Source: a bacterium (GTDB lineage Bacteria; Patescibacteriota; Dojkabacteria; SC72). From it: a stretch of DNA of 64,000 nucleotides. The notes beneath the pieces are model-generated. The model had not been told where the DNA came from. It did no database searches and was given only the letters and a program-made list of their open reading frames with translations. Below are positions 49,552 through 59,447 of this stretch, piece after piece; within the stretch, counting starts at the first letter, position 1; each line of letters opens with the position of its first letter. The stretch lies in contig JAJTYH010000002.1 in assembly GCA_021463465.1 (NCBI GenBank), forward strand, positions 137,799 through 201,798. The letters are read 5' to 3'. The translations under genes and the position numbers were made by a program.

Positions 49552-50226
49552 CTATTCCCAGGTCAATTTTTGCGTAGCGACCAAGGCTTGTTTGTAGTAC
49601 GCAGGTTGTACATTCTTAGAAAACGACATTTCATATTTTGATTTCATTTCAATAGCAATCGTAATCAAAACATTTCCACTTGGAGTTGAATAATGGTGCA
49701 TCTCAAATTGGTCTGCAAAAACCTCTGAATTATTAAGCACAACGGCGTTTTGCATATATTCAATGTTATCACTATCAAAGCAACTTGCCGGTGCAATATT
49801 ATCAGGATACGAAGACTTAAGGATATAACCCTTAGTCTGATCGCTTAGAGTAGGGAAGTATCCAATACAAACCCAACGATTGTACCCACTAGGTCTAAAA
49901 TGAATCTCAGATGAACTAAGCCCCTCTCCAACAGCTTGATCATAACCCTGAACTGTTCCTGAATTAATGATTTTACTCATACTTTCATCATATAACCTAC
50001 CACTAACATTGTAGAACCGTATATCATCTGTATGTGAGTTCCTTATGCTTCTCCTAACAAGCTCAATTACAAACTCACTCTCTTGGCGTGCAGTTGTTCT
50101 TGCCGAAGTTACTGCGGAAGTACGAATCAAAGTAGTAAGGGTAATTGAAGCCATTAGCACTACCGTTGTTATGATAACAATAGTAATGAGCATTTCCACC
50201 AGACTCAAACCCTCGTACTTTCTCAT
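49552..50226 (-). CDS. Type IV minor pilin (prepilin-type N-terminus)
   Basis: MRKYEG/LSLVEMLITIVII gives a class III signal with Gly-1 and Glu+5. Confidence 0.6.
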   Translation of the reverse strand: MRKYEGLSLVEMLITIVIITTVVLMASITLTTLIRTSAVTSARTTARQESEFVIELVRRSIRNSHTDDIRFYNVSGRLYDESMSKIINSGTVQGYDQAVGEGLSSSEIHFRPSGYNRWVCIGYFPTLSDQTKGYILKSSYPDNIAPASCFDSDNIEYMQNAVVLNNSEVFADQFEMHHYSTPSGNVLITIAIEMKSKYEMSFSKNVQPAYYKQALVATQKLTWE

Positions 50227-50771
50227 TTCTGTAATGTTTTAGTTAAAACATAATACTCGTAGTCGGATACCTCACAATCATCACTATTATCACAGCCTAT
50301 TTTTCCTACAACCATCTTGCCAACAACCAAACCAGTTGCAATATCTGATTCAGGTGTGATACAAAAAACATTAAAAACTGTAGGATCAGAAGAGCTTACT
50401 GCATTCTTACAAGAGTTCCTCTCGCCTGCATCATAATTACAAGCTGGTATAAACACACCACTTGTATTAACAAACTCTGGATTACCAGCGGTTCCAGAAA
50501 CCGCAAAACAGTTGTTAACGTTTGTTGTAATACTTGGAAATAACTTTTCTTCTGAGTTATTATTCTTTTCTGCAATAGTTTTTACAGCAGAACCCCCTTC
50601 AATCGCAATTTGAGTCATACTATCTCCAAGCTCATTAATTACTACCTGTTTTACTGTGTCGGCAGCCACCCCCATAAGCAGTACAGACGCCATTCCAGCT
50701 ACAACAATGGCTAGAAGTGCTTCTATAAATCCTAATCCTTCGTAAGTTTTAGTCAGCTGTTGATGTTTCAA
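50223..50771 (-). CDS. Type IV minor pilin (prepilin-type N-terminus)
   Basis: KTYEG/LGFIEALLAIVVAG with Gly-1 and Glu+5. Confidence 0.6.
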   Translation of the reverse strand: MKHQQLTKTYEGLGFIEALLAIVVAGMASVLLMGVAADTVKQVVINELGDSMTQIAIEGGSAVKTIAEKNNNSEEKLFPSITTNVNNCFAVSGTAGNPEFVNTSGVFIPACNYDAGERNSCKNAVSSSDPTVFNVFCITPESDIATGLVVGKMVVGKIGCDNSDDCEVSDYEYYVLTKTLQK

Positions 50772-51489
50772 TGTTAATTTTTCCCGAAATATTACTTATT
50801 GATATATCTTTTTCTCTTTTAGTTCTAGGACTTTCAATAGTCACCACAAAATCAATCGCATCACTCACTATCGAGCCGCTAGAATCGTAGTTTACTACAT
50901 TACCTGAAACGTCATAAAGGAATGCCCTCCCAGAAACAGCTTCAAATAGTATATAAACAGGAACACCAGCCAAATCTCCAGTTGCATTATTTGAAACAGG
51001 AATATTAATATTAAAATTACTCGCAATCACTCTTTCACCAAAATCTCCACCTTCTATGAGTTCGCTAACATTTGAACCAAGATTGCAATCAGCATTACCA
51101 TAGCTATTCACAGGTAAACTACCATTAAGTGGGCCGAGTGCGAAGTTACTGTCAAAGTTTGGCAGCTCACCTGTTGTCCTGACATCTCCATAACTATTAA
51201 ACTGAGAGCACCATTTAAAAATCTTATAAGTACCGTTACTTGCGAAGGAACTAAAATCTAAACCTACACCATATATCCAACGGTCACCTGCGTCTCTTTC
51301 TAAAAAAAGTGCTGCTCGCTGAGCGTAACGAACATCTTGCTCCAAACTCAACATCTTTTCATTTAAGGTTATACTATCCCTTAGTCCATAAAAAGCTGCA
51401 AAACCTATACCAGCAATTATAATAAAAATTGAAACTACAATGAGCATCTCAACCAGCGTGTATGCGTGATATTTATAAGTGGCAGTCAT
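50749..51489 (-). CDS. Pilin-like protein (Ala at -1, Glu+5)
   Basis: MTATYKYHA/YTLVEMLIVVSIFIIIAG. Start placed at the internal Met to avoid overlap with the upstream sulfotransferase. Confidence 0.5.
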   Translation of the reverse strand: MTATYKYHAYTLVEMLIVVSIFIIIAGIGFAAFYGLRDSITLNEKMLSLEQDVRYAQRAALFLERDAGDRWIYGVGLDFSSFASNGTYKIFKWCSQFNSYGDVRTTGELPNFDSNFALGPLNGSLPVNSYGNADCNLGSNVSELIEGGDFGERVIASNFNINIPVSNNATGDLAGVPVYILFEAVSGRAFLYDVSGNVVNYDSSGSIVSDAIDFVVTIESPRTKREKDISISNISGKINIETSTAD

Positions 51490-51514
51490 ATTTCTCAATT
51501 TATCACAAGCCCGA

Positions 51515-52309
51515 CTATTCTTCAAAGAAATGTTTCCACTTAGTTTTAGCAAATCTCTCCTTAAGCTGATTGTAATTAGAAATACCTTCTTTAAGCGAGC
51601 TATTGCGCTGTTTAAATGTATTAGGGACCAAAGGCTGAACGGAGACCCTCAGAAACTGAAGAACCTTCTTAATCTCGTTTTCACCTTTTAACTCTAAGTT
51701 TTCATAAACAAGCTCATAGATCTTATGCCCCGCAAAAAACTTTCTAAACTCATTTTCATATCTTTCAGTCTTTTCAAACTCATTAATGCATTCCTGATAG
51801 GGCAGGGTAAGTGGAGATAGTTGCTCTGTCTTACCTTTTTGTTCTGCCCACCTTTCTGTTTGACCCGCTTTAAATCTAGAGAGTACAGTGTTAAGCATGT
51901 TACGACGGGTAATGTGCAGTATATGAATGCTTTTATCTTTTTTAAGTTCCTTCCATAGTTCTTTATTTGAAGAGCTTTGCGCATGGTAGTAAAAGAGTTT
52001 GAAGCCAACGGCTTTAACATTTCGACGATATTTGCGAAATAGGTGACTTCGCATATATTTTACTGTGTCTTTTCCCACAGGCTTTCTTTTATCCCACGTC
52101 CTATATCTCTCACCGTAACATAGGATTTGGTTGTGGGAGTTAAGCAAACCTCTTAGGAAATTAGAACCTGTACGAGAACGACCTAATACAATAAATTTGA
52201 TATATTTATCCTGACCCTTTTTCAACTTCAAATCAATTAGTATGTTGCTCAGTACTACTGGCATCCACTTCTTCAGATCAGATGAAATACTACGAATACT
52301 TATAGCCAC
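51515..52309 (-). CDS. PAPS-dependent sulfotransferase-family protein (Stf0-like) embedded in the pilin operon
   Basis: 5'-PSB-like P-loop LGRSRTGSNFL and 3'-PB-like TRRNMLNTVLS (RxxRNxxD/NxxxS). 264 aa, cytoplasmic. Confidence 0.55.
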   Translation of the reverse strand: MAISIRSISSDLKKWMPVVLSNILIDLKLKKGQDKYIKFIVLGRSRTGSNFLRGLLNSHNQILCYGERYRTWDKRKPVGKDTVKYMRSHLFRKYRRNVKAVGFKLFYYHAQSSSNKELWKELKKDKSIHILHITRRNMLNTVLSRFKAGQTERWAEQKGKTEQLSPLTLPYQECINEFEKTERYENEFRKFFAGHKIYELVYENLELKGENEIKKVLQFLRVSVQPLVPNTFKQRNSSLKEGISNYNQLKERFAKTKWKHFFEE

Positions 52310-52321
52310 AATAAAGCTGTG

Positions 52322-53053
52322 TTAATTTAGAAAAAGTAGTGAATTCAAATTGATAAAGCGTGCAAGCAAGAATGCTAAAAGCATGAATGGAAGTAGGGGG
52401 ATGTAAGACTTGAGTGTCCCACGATTGATTGAAACAAGAACTAATGAAAATATGGCAGCGATATATAATGTTAAAAGGAGGAAAGTTAAGTAATTGATAG
52501 GATTAAATATTAAAGCGAAAAAGAGCAATAGAAGTAAATCTCCAAATCCAAAAGATTTTTTAAAATGATTTAGAATTGTTATCCCAGTTGCTACAAGGAT
52601 AAAGTACCCAATACTCAGCCATGCAATGGCATTGTAATTAAGAATAAAAAAAATCACACCAAGAACTAACAAGATGTGTGTTAGATTCGCTGATATCCTT
52701 TGCGTTTTTAAATCAGATATAGACAAACAGTATAGAATTGTCAGGAAAACGTAGTGCCAAAGGCTTAACCCGTAGGATAGAAAGATTAACAAAAATGCTA
52801 TACCTAAAAACAGTTCAGATAAAGGGTGTATGAAATCAATAGATTTCTTGCATTTTGAACATCTGCCTTTTAACACGACCCACGAAATTATCGGAATTAG
52901 TTCATACCACTCTAACTCATGTTTACAATGCTCACAGTGTGAACGTGATATTAATTTGTTTTTCCAATTACCCTTCTTTCCAAATCTGTATACAGAAGCA
53001 TTAAGAAAACTGGCAAAAACTGTACCTAATAAAAATATATAAATATATATCAT
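52322..53053 (-). CDS. pilD: Prepilin peptidase (A24 family, PilD)
   Basis: ASFLNASVYRF, RSHCEHCKHEL...IPIISWVVLKGRCSKCKKSI zinc-ribbon-like cytoplasmic domain, multiple TM helices. Confidence 0.85.
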   Translation of the reverse strand: MIYIYIFLLGTVFASFLNASVYRFGKKGNWKNKLISRSHCEHCKHELEWYELIPIISWVVLKGRCSKCKKSIDFIHPLSELFLGIAFLLIFLSYGLSLWHYVFLTILYCLSISDLKTQRISANLTHILLVLGVIFFILNYNAIAWLSIGYFILVATGITILNHFKKSFGFGDLLLLLFFALIFNPINYLTFLLLTLYIAAIFSLVLVSINRGTLKSYIPLLPFMLLAFLLARFINLNSLLFLN

Positions 53054-53113
53054 GTGAGTATTGTACTAAAAAAAGGGGGCATATACTGCCCCCTTAATGT
53101 TCTTAAACTAATA

Positions 53114-53665
53114 CTATTGCCAGTTCTTCGCTGCTGCAACCCAATCGGTAGCTAAGAATGAACCCGCACCTCCACCTGCATTGCTAATTACCAACGTATT
53201 GAAGGTAGTATCGTCCATCTCCTTTAGTGATACTTTTGTTGAACCGTTAACTGGTAAGATTCCAAACCCGTTACCGACGCAATATCCTCCTAATTGCTGT
53301 GAGTCATCCAATCCTCCGAAGGTCACACAAATCAAAACGCTTTGGCCATTACCATCAGTTGCGTAGTAAAAAGTAGCGTCACTTCCACCGTCAAACGATT
53401 TGCTATCCAAATATTCCTCTAACGCTCCTCCTGTACCAAGTGCCGCAGACCAGCTACCAAATGTAGCCTCATCTGGGAACTCCCTGTTATCAGCATAATA
53501 TGCCTGCAATCCTTGATAAAGCTGATCTGCAGCATTTTGATGCTGAACACGATTAGCCCTCTGAATTGCAAATCTCCCTGCAGCTATACCCATCGTCATT
53601 AAAATGATAAGAATACCCATGACCACAAGCATTTCAACGAGCGTAAATCCTTTATATGTTTTCAT
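53114..53665 (-). CDS. pilA: Type IV major pilin PilA-like
   Basis: MKTYKG/FTLVEMLVVMGILIIL canonical class III signal. Start placed at the internal Met of the listed ORF. Confidence 0.8.
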   Translation of the reverse strand: MKTYKGFTLVEMLVVMGILIILMTMGIAAGRFAIQRANRVQHQNAADQLYQGLQAYYADNREFPDEATFGSWSAALGTGGALEEYLDSKSFDGGSDATFYYATDGNGQSVLICVTFGGLDDSQQLGGYCVGNGFGILPVNGSTKVSLKEMDDTTFNTLVISNAGGGAGSFLATDWVAAAKNWQ

Positions 53666-53731
53666 AAAAAGCAGTTTAAAATAATATCTCTTATAAAGAT
53701 AGCGTAGTGGTATATCCATGTCAATAAGCAA

Positions 53732-54943
53732 CTATCCTACAACACCAGATAAATTGAACATCGGCATATACACTGCTAAAGCGATAAAAGCAATTACACT
53801 TCCCATAATCACCAACATTAACGGCTCCATTAATGTTGTGAGGTTACTAGTTGTAACTTCAACCTCTTCGTTGTAATACTGTGCAACTTTTTCAAGCACC
53901 TTATCAAGCTCACCTGACTCCTCACCAACAGCAATCATCTGACTAACAATCATAGGGAATACATTTGCACGAGCAATTGGTAATGCTAAAGGTACACCTT
54001 TTTCAACTTCTTTTTTAGCTTCTCCAACTGCATCTTTAAAGATTGAATTTGTAAGTGACCCAGCTGTAAGTTCAAGAGCCTTAACAATTGATAGACCGCT
54101 TCGGAGCAAAAGTGATAGCACTCGAGTAAATTGAGCAATCTGCATCTTAACTATAACTGGACCAAAAATCGGAGCTTTAAGAGCAATTCTATGTAGTAAT
54201 ACTTTGCCTGTTGGAGATTCCATATATGATTTAGCTACTATCCCAATGACTGATGCAAATATAATGATAAGCCACCAGAATTTTAGGAAGAAGTCACTCA
54301 TCGCAATCATAACTCGTGTAATAAGTGGGAGCTCAGCCCCAAATTCGCTATAAATATCTGCCATCGCCGGAATCAAAACAAACATCATAAGTAGGACAAC
54401 GCCTATGATAACTACCATGATTACAGCCGGATATATCATGGCTCCCCTTATCTTATCCTTCAATTTTTTCTGAGCTTCAAGTTCAATAGCCAATCGCTCC
54501 AAGATATTTTCCAGATTACCGCTCTGTTCTCCAGCTTCCAACAAATTCATAGTAATGTCATCAAAGACCTGCTTATTACGTCTGAAAGCTTCTGCAAGGC
54601 TCTTTCCACCCTGTACATCACCCAATACATTGGAAAGTGTGCGCTTAAAAAGTGGATTGGTTGCCTGGGCCTCAAGAATCTGAAGGGCTTGAGTAAGAGC
54701 CAAACCTGCACCAATCATAGTAGCAAGTTGTCTCATGAAAACAACCTTATCTTTGATAGGTACACCTCCAAGGTTAATCTCGTTTAGCTTCTCTAATGAA
54801 AAACCCAGTTCTTCTTCAATCCTTACTACAACCAATCCTTTATTCTGAAGACTCTCCGCGACAGCCTGAGCTGTACGAGCTTCCATCGACCCATTAACCT
54901 CTTTACCAGTTTTATCACGGGCAAAATATTTGTATGCTTGCAT
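53732..54943 (-). CDS. pilC: Type IV pilus inner-membrane platform protein PilC (GspF family)
   Basis: Two GspF repeats, 3 TM helices, 403 aa. Confidence 0.85.
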   Translation of the reverse strand: MQAYKYFARDKTGKEVNGSMEARTAQAVAESLQNKGLVVVRIEEELGFSLEKLNEINLGGVPIKDKVVFMRQLATMIGAGLALTQALQILEAQATNPLFKRTLSNVLGDVQGGKSLAEAFRRNKQVFDDITMNLLEAGEQSGNLENILERLAIELEAQKKLKDKIRGAMIYPAVIMVVIIGVVLLMMFVLIPAMADIYSEFGAELPLITRVMIAMSDFFLKFWWLIIIFASVIGIVAKSYMESPTGKVLLHRIALKAPIFGPVIVKMQIAQFTRVLSLLLRSGLSIVKALELTAGSLTNSIFKDAVGEAKKEVEKGVPLALPIARANVFPMIVSQMIAVGEESGELDKVLEKVAQYYNEEVEVTTSNLTTLMEPLMLVIMGSVIAFIALAVYMPMFNLSGVVG

Positions 54944-54946
54944 ACA

Positions 54947-56977
54947 TTAAACCTTGAGTAATCTTACAATCTCTTCTGGATGGACTGCGAACTCTTGAGC
55001 TCTTTCCATCGTAATCAAACCTTCCCGTACCAGCTTGACCAAAGACTGCTCCAAAGAGACCATTCCTATATCTAGACTTGTTCTAATTACATTATCAATC
55101 TGATGAGTTTTACCTTCACGAATCAAATTTCGCACCGCGGGTACTCCCAACATAATTTCTGAAACCGCACGTCGACCGCCACCATCGATAGGAATCAGTC
55201 TCTGAGCAATGACTGCTTCAAGAATGTTAGCGAGCTGAGTTCGAATCTGTGCCTGCTGATTTTCTGGGAATACATCAATGATACGATCAACGGTCTGAGC
55301 TGCACTGTTAGTGTGCAAGGTTGCAAAAACCAAGTGACCTGTTTCAGCCAGAGTAATAGTAGAAGCAATAGTTTCATAGTCACGCATCTCACCGACCAAA
55401 ATGACATCTGGATCCTGTCTAAGAGCACTCTTTAATGCCACTGTCCAGGAGTGAGTATCATCATGCATCTCTCGTTGATCAATCACAGCTTTGGCTGGTT
55501 TGAAGACATACTCAATAGGGTCTTCAATCGTAATCATGTGAGTAGAGCGGGTTAAATTGATGGCTTGAAGCATGGCTGCTAAGGTCGTACTCTTACCGTG
55601 TCCAGTTGGACCGGTTACCAATACCAAACCCTGTCCTAATTTAATAATCTGATTATAAAGGGCAGGTAATTGTAATTCCTCAATCGTTCGAATTTTGGAA
55701 GGAATCAATCGAAACGCGGCAGTTAAATTACCCTTAGAATAGTAAGCATTTATTCTGAATCTAGCTTCAGCATTTTGAAGAGGGGAATAGGCAAGATCAA
55801 CCTCACGGTTAACTTCAAGTAATTCTTTCTTCTGTTCACTAAGCACTGGCATGATAAGCTCTTCAGCATTTACAGGTGAGACCACATTATCATTCACTGC
55901 AATTAAACTACCATCGATCCTAATCATCACAGGATACCCCACTGACACCTGAATGTCTGAAGCATTACGCTCAATCGCTATATCCATGATTTTATTGATA
56001 CTAAGAGGGTACTTAGCGTTTGAAGATGCGCTCTCAACAACTTGAGGATTGACCTGTGTATGATCATTTTCATCTACTGCAGAATTTTCAGAAGAAGCGG
56101 GCAGTGCAGGAGCTGTTACTTCTGAAACTGAAGAATCCACTAAAGGTACTTCAGTAGAAGCTGTATCACCATCAGGTTTTGCAACGACCTCAGGATACAT
56201 CTGCTCTAATGTAGGCACTTTCTTACTAGTATCATCAGTAGAAGAGCTCAACGGATCAACAACCGGTGGGGTAGTATTAAAATCAGGCAAGGCATTGTCC
56301 ACATCACTCACAGGAGCAGTTTGAGCTTCAGGCACAGCTGGCAAAACATCACTCGCAGGAGCAATCATATCGAGACTTTCAGCAGGCACATCAGGAAGTG
56401 GAGAAGCAGTAGCACTAAGCTTTGTCATATCCTCAACTGCCTTTTCAGCATCATCCTTAACTTCTGCTTCTGGAGCGGATGGAGCCTCATGCGCGACTTC
56501 TTCTGGTTTATCTTCACCCTTATCTTGTATCAATTCATCTTTAAGCTTAGCTAATTTTTTAGCTAAAGCCTGAAGTGGGCTCTCATGTCCCTCTTCTACA
56601 GGAGGAGTTACTAACGGATTGGTCTCATGACTAGGAAGTGGATCTTCCACAGTCGCAGAGAGTGCAGAATCAGAAGCTACAGGAGCAGGTACCGTGCTAG
56701 AAATTTGATCTTGTGGGGTCTCAATTACAGCAGGATCAGGCATAACAGGAGGTGGTCCATCTATTCCATTACCTCTACTAACAGATGCTACATCTTCAGG
56801 CTTACTCTCATCAGTAGTGGAAGGGGAAGTTGACGTGAGAACAGAAGCAGGATCCACAGGTGTACCAGTTGGCAAAGGCATACTACCCACAGTCGTAGTT
56901 GTAGCGGGAGCACTTGAATCAGACGCTGGATAGGCAAAATCCCCTAAAGAATTGGATGGTTGGGCAGTCATATTCAA
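54947..56977 (-). CDS. pilT: PilT-type retraction ATPase with ~335-aa acidic Pro/Ser/Thr-rich disordered N-terminal extension
   Basis: C-terminal 340 aa is canonical PilT: GLVLVTGPTGHGKSTT Walker A, Asp box, His box, HTNSAAQTVDRIIDVFP. N-terminal 335 aa is low-complexity (P/S/T/D/E/A) with local GC elevation. Confidence 0.8.
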   Translation of the reverse strand: MNMTAQPSNSLGDFAYPASDSSAPATTTTVGSMPLPTGTPVDPASVLTSTSPSTTDESKPEDVASVSRGNGIDGPPPVMPDPAVIETPQDQISSTVPAPVASDSALSATVEDPLPSHETNPLVTPPVEEGHESPLQALAKKLAKLKDELIQDKGEDKPEEVAHEAPSAPEAEVKDDAEKAVEDMTKLSATASPLPDVPAESLDMIAPASDVLPAVPEAQTAPVSDVDNALPDFNTTPPVVDPLSSSTDDTSKKVPTLEQMYPEVVAKPDGDTASTEVPLVDSSVSEVTAPALPASSENSAVDENDHTQVNPQVVESASSNAKYPLSINKIMDIAIERNASDIQVSVGYPVMIRIDGSLIAVNDNVVSPVNAEELIMPVLSEQKKELLEVNREVDLAYSPLQNAEARFRINAYYSKGNLTAAFRLIPSKIRTIEELQLPALYNQIIKLGQGLVLVTGPTGHGKSTTLAAMLQAINLTRSTHMITIEDPIEYVFKPAKAVIDQREMHDDTHSWTVALKSALRQDPDVILVGEMRDYETIASTITLAETGHLVFATLHTNSAAQTVDRIIDVFPENQQAQIRTQLANILEAVIAQRLIPIDGGGRRAVSEIMLGVPAVRNLIREGKTHQIDNVIRTSLDIGMVSLEQSLVKLVREGLITMERAQEFAVHPEEIVRLLKV

Positions 56978-57083
56978 ATCAAACTATATTATCTCTTCGA
57001 AAATTACATGATTTGAGGCAAGAACGCTAGACCTATAGCAGGTTTCAAAGTATAATGCAGACAATAAAATCAGATTCCCACTT

Positions 57084-57539
57084 GTGCCACCTAGAATTAA
57101 GAACCTAGAAAAAAGCAAAGAAGTTCTATCATTTCAGGTCATAAATCAACTTAGGGAAATGCGAGAAAAGTTTAAAAGGCCTAAGAATTGCGATACTTTT
57201 ACTACAGGACAACACTGGGTCGACTTTAAAGATAAAAGAAAAGGTGGAGGTATCATAAGGGTAACCATTACAGCTCTGTCCAAACCAGTAGGTAAAAGAT
57301 TTTTAAGCGTGGCAGATACAAAAGAATGCGAATTAGATATACACTATTTAGATTGCTCTACCAACGAAAGTACCATAACGAAAGCAAGTATCTTAATGCT
57401 AGATGATGAATTGTATGTAAGGGAATTTTTTAACAACAATGCTTTTGGCCAGCGAGACGAAACCAGATTGGCAAATGTAGTGGAGATCCTTACAGCAATT
57501 CAATCTAACGAGGCGAAACCTTATCCTACCGCAATCTAA
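57084..57539 (+). CDS. Hypothetical protein between pilT and pilB (opposite strand)
   Basis: ORF only. Confidence 0.3.
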   Translation: MPPRIKNLEKSKEVLSFQVINQLREMREKFKRPKNCDTFTTGQHWVDFKDKRKGGGIIRVTITALSKPVGKRFLSVADTKECELDIHYLDCSTNESTITKASILMLDDELYVREFFNNNAFGQRDETRLANVVEILTAIQSNEAKPYPTAI

Positions 57540-57544
57540 TAAAA

Positions 57545-59362
57545 CTACTCCTTAGACACACGAAGCACTTCCTCAATAGTCGTTATCCCCTCCAAAGCCT
57601 TTAGATACCCATCCTGAATCATTGTTACCATTCCAGCCTCAACAGCAGTCTTTTGGACTTCATCACTTACAACATTTTCCATCATCATTCTCCCAACTTT
57701 TTCAGTGATATTTAAAACTTCAAAAATGCCAACTCGCCCTTTATAACCGCTATCTCCACACCTCTGACAACCTTTTCCACGATAAAGATAAACAACATCT
57801 TCTCCAGTAGCACCTTTTTCAGGAGCCTTCAAAGGCATCTTATCTTCTTCAGACCGGCTTGAATTCGCAATACTAAGTCGTTTTGAATAATCAACCACGT
57901 CAAAGCTTTTAATACTACCTAACGTCTCCTTAACATCCTTAATCAGTTCAGGAGACATTGGAAATGCCTCTATGCAATGCTTACAAACCCTTCTTGGTAA
58001 TCTTTGCGCTACTACACACCGTAAAGTGGAAGAGAGTAGGTACGGTTCAACACCCATATCAAGCAAACGCGGAACAGCCGCAGCCGCACTATTAGTGTGC
58101 AATGTTGAAAGCACTAAGTGACCAGTAAGCGATGCCTGTATTGCCAGCTGGGCAGTCTCTTGGTCACGAATCTCACCAACCATTACGACATTGGGATCTT
58201 GTCTTAAAATGGCTCTCAGACCCTTTGCAAATGTCAACCCAACATCAGCTCTTACCTGTACCTGATTAACGCCTGGAATACGAATTTCAACAGGGTCTTC
58301 CAATGTTACAATGTTTACTTTAGGAGTGTTAAGTTTCATTATTGTAGCGGCTAGTGTTCTAGTTTTACCCGAACCAGTCGGCCCAGTTACTAATACAATT
58401 CCGTTAGTAGATTTAACCGAATCTAGAAAAGTTTGAAATGCGGTGCCCCTCATACCGCTATCTTCTAGCCTAATTCCTGAAATATCCGTTTCAAGGAGTC
58501 GCATAACAATTTTTTCACCATAAATTCCTGGGATTGTCGAAACACGGACGTCAACCTTACGATCTGCAATTTTAATTTGCATTCTACCATCAAGTGGAAT
58601 ACGTTTTTCGTCAATTTTTAGCCTTGCTAGAATTTTAACACGAGAAATAACCGCACTAATCATACTTTTTGGCAATGACAGTTTCTCCATGAGCACACCG
58701 TAGATTCTAAACCTGATGCGAAGCTTTGTTTCGGTTGGTTCAATATGGATATCAGAAGCATTTGAAGTCATCGCAAATCGAAAAATAGCATTCACAATTC
58801 TGGCGACAGGCGCATTCCTTAAGTCAATCTTTGACAGCTCCTCATCACCAACATAAGCATCGCCAACAGCATCAAGGTCTGTAACTGGTGCCTCATAATC
58901 CTCAAGAGCAGCAGAAACCTCAGTTCCTAAGTTTTCACCAACCCTTCTATCAAGTATAAAGTTTATTCCTTCTTGTGTAGTTATATGAATATTAAATTTC
59001 TCATTTGCAGCATACTTAATTTCAAGCGCTTGAATGGCCTGAACGTCAAATGGATCTAACATTGCAATATCAACAACTCCATCAGAGTGCCGGAACGGTA
59101 CAGCAGAGAACTGTTTCATTATGTCAATGTTAATTTCTGTAAGTACCGATTCAGGTATTTCAACTGCTTTTAAATCTACATAGGGGATATTGAAAAGTTC
59201 AGACTTTGCTTTAACTATAGTATCTTCGTCAATTAAATTCTTTTCGCGAAGAATCTGTTCTTCTGAACTTGAAGTTTTTGTACGCTCAACATGAATATCA
59301 TTCACTTGCTCTTGAGTGAGCAATCCTTTTGATTGTAGGAACTCAACTAACGACTTATTCAA
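57545..59362 (-). CDS. pilB: Type IV pilus assembly ATPase PilB (GspE family)
   Basis: N-terminal GSPII_E_N domain, Walker A GPTGSGKTRTLAAT, tetracysteine Zn motif CKHC...CQRCGDSGYKGR. Confidence 0.85.
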   Translation of the reverse strand: MNKSLVEFLQSKGLLTQEQVNDIHVERTKTSSSEEQILREKNLIDEDTIVKAKSELFNIPYVDLKAVEIPESVLTEINIDIMKQFSAVPFRHSDGVVDIAMLDPFDVQAIQALEIKYAANEKFNIHITTQEGINFILDRRVGENLGTEVSAALEDYEAPVTDLDAVGDAYVGDEELSKIDLRNAPVARIVNAIFRFAMTSNASDIHIEPTETKLRIRFRIYGVLMEKLSLPKSMISAVISRVKILARLKIDEKRIPLDGRMQIKIADRKVDVRVSTIPGIYGEKIVMRLLETDISGIRLEDSGMRGTAFQTFLDSVKSTNGIVLVTGPTGSGKTRTLAATIMKLNTPKVNIVTLEDPVEIRIPGVNQVQVRADVGLTFAKGLRAILRQDPNVVMVGEIRDQETAQLAIQASLTGHLVLSTLHTNSAAAAVPRLLDMGVEPYLLSSTLRCVVAQRLPRRVCKHCIEAFPMSPELIKDVKETLGSIKSFDVVDYSKRLSIANSSRSEEDKMPLKAPEKGATGEDVVYLYRGKGCQRCGDSGYKGRVGIFEVLNITEKVGRMMMENVVSDEVQKTAVEAGMVTMIQDGYLKALEGITTIEEVLRVSKE

Positions 59363-59447
59363 CTAAGGGCAGATTTTAAAGTATTATCATTGATAATTTA
59401 GAAAAAGTATAGACGTTAGTCAAGAAACTTACAAAATTGATTCCAAA

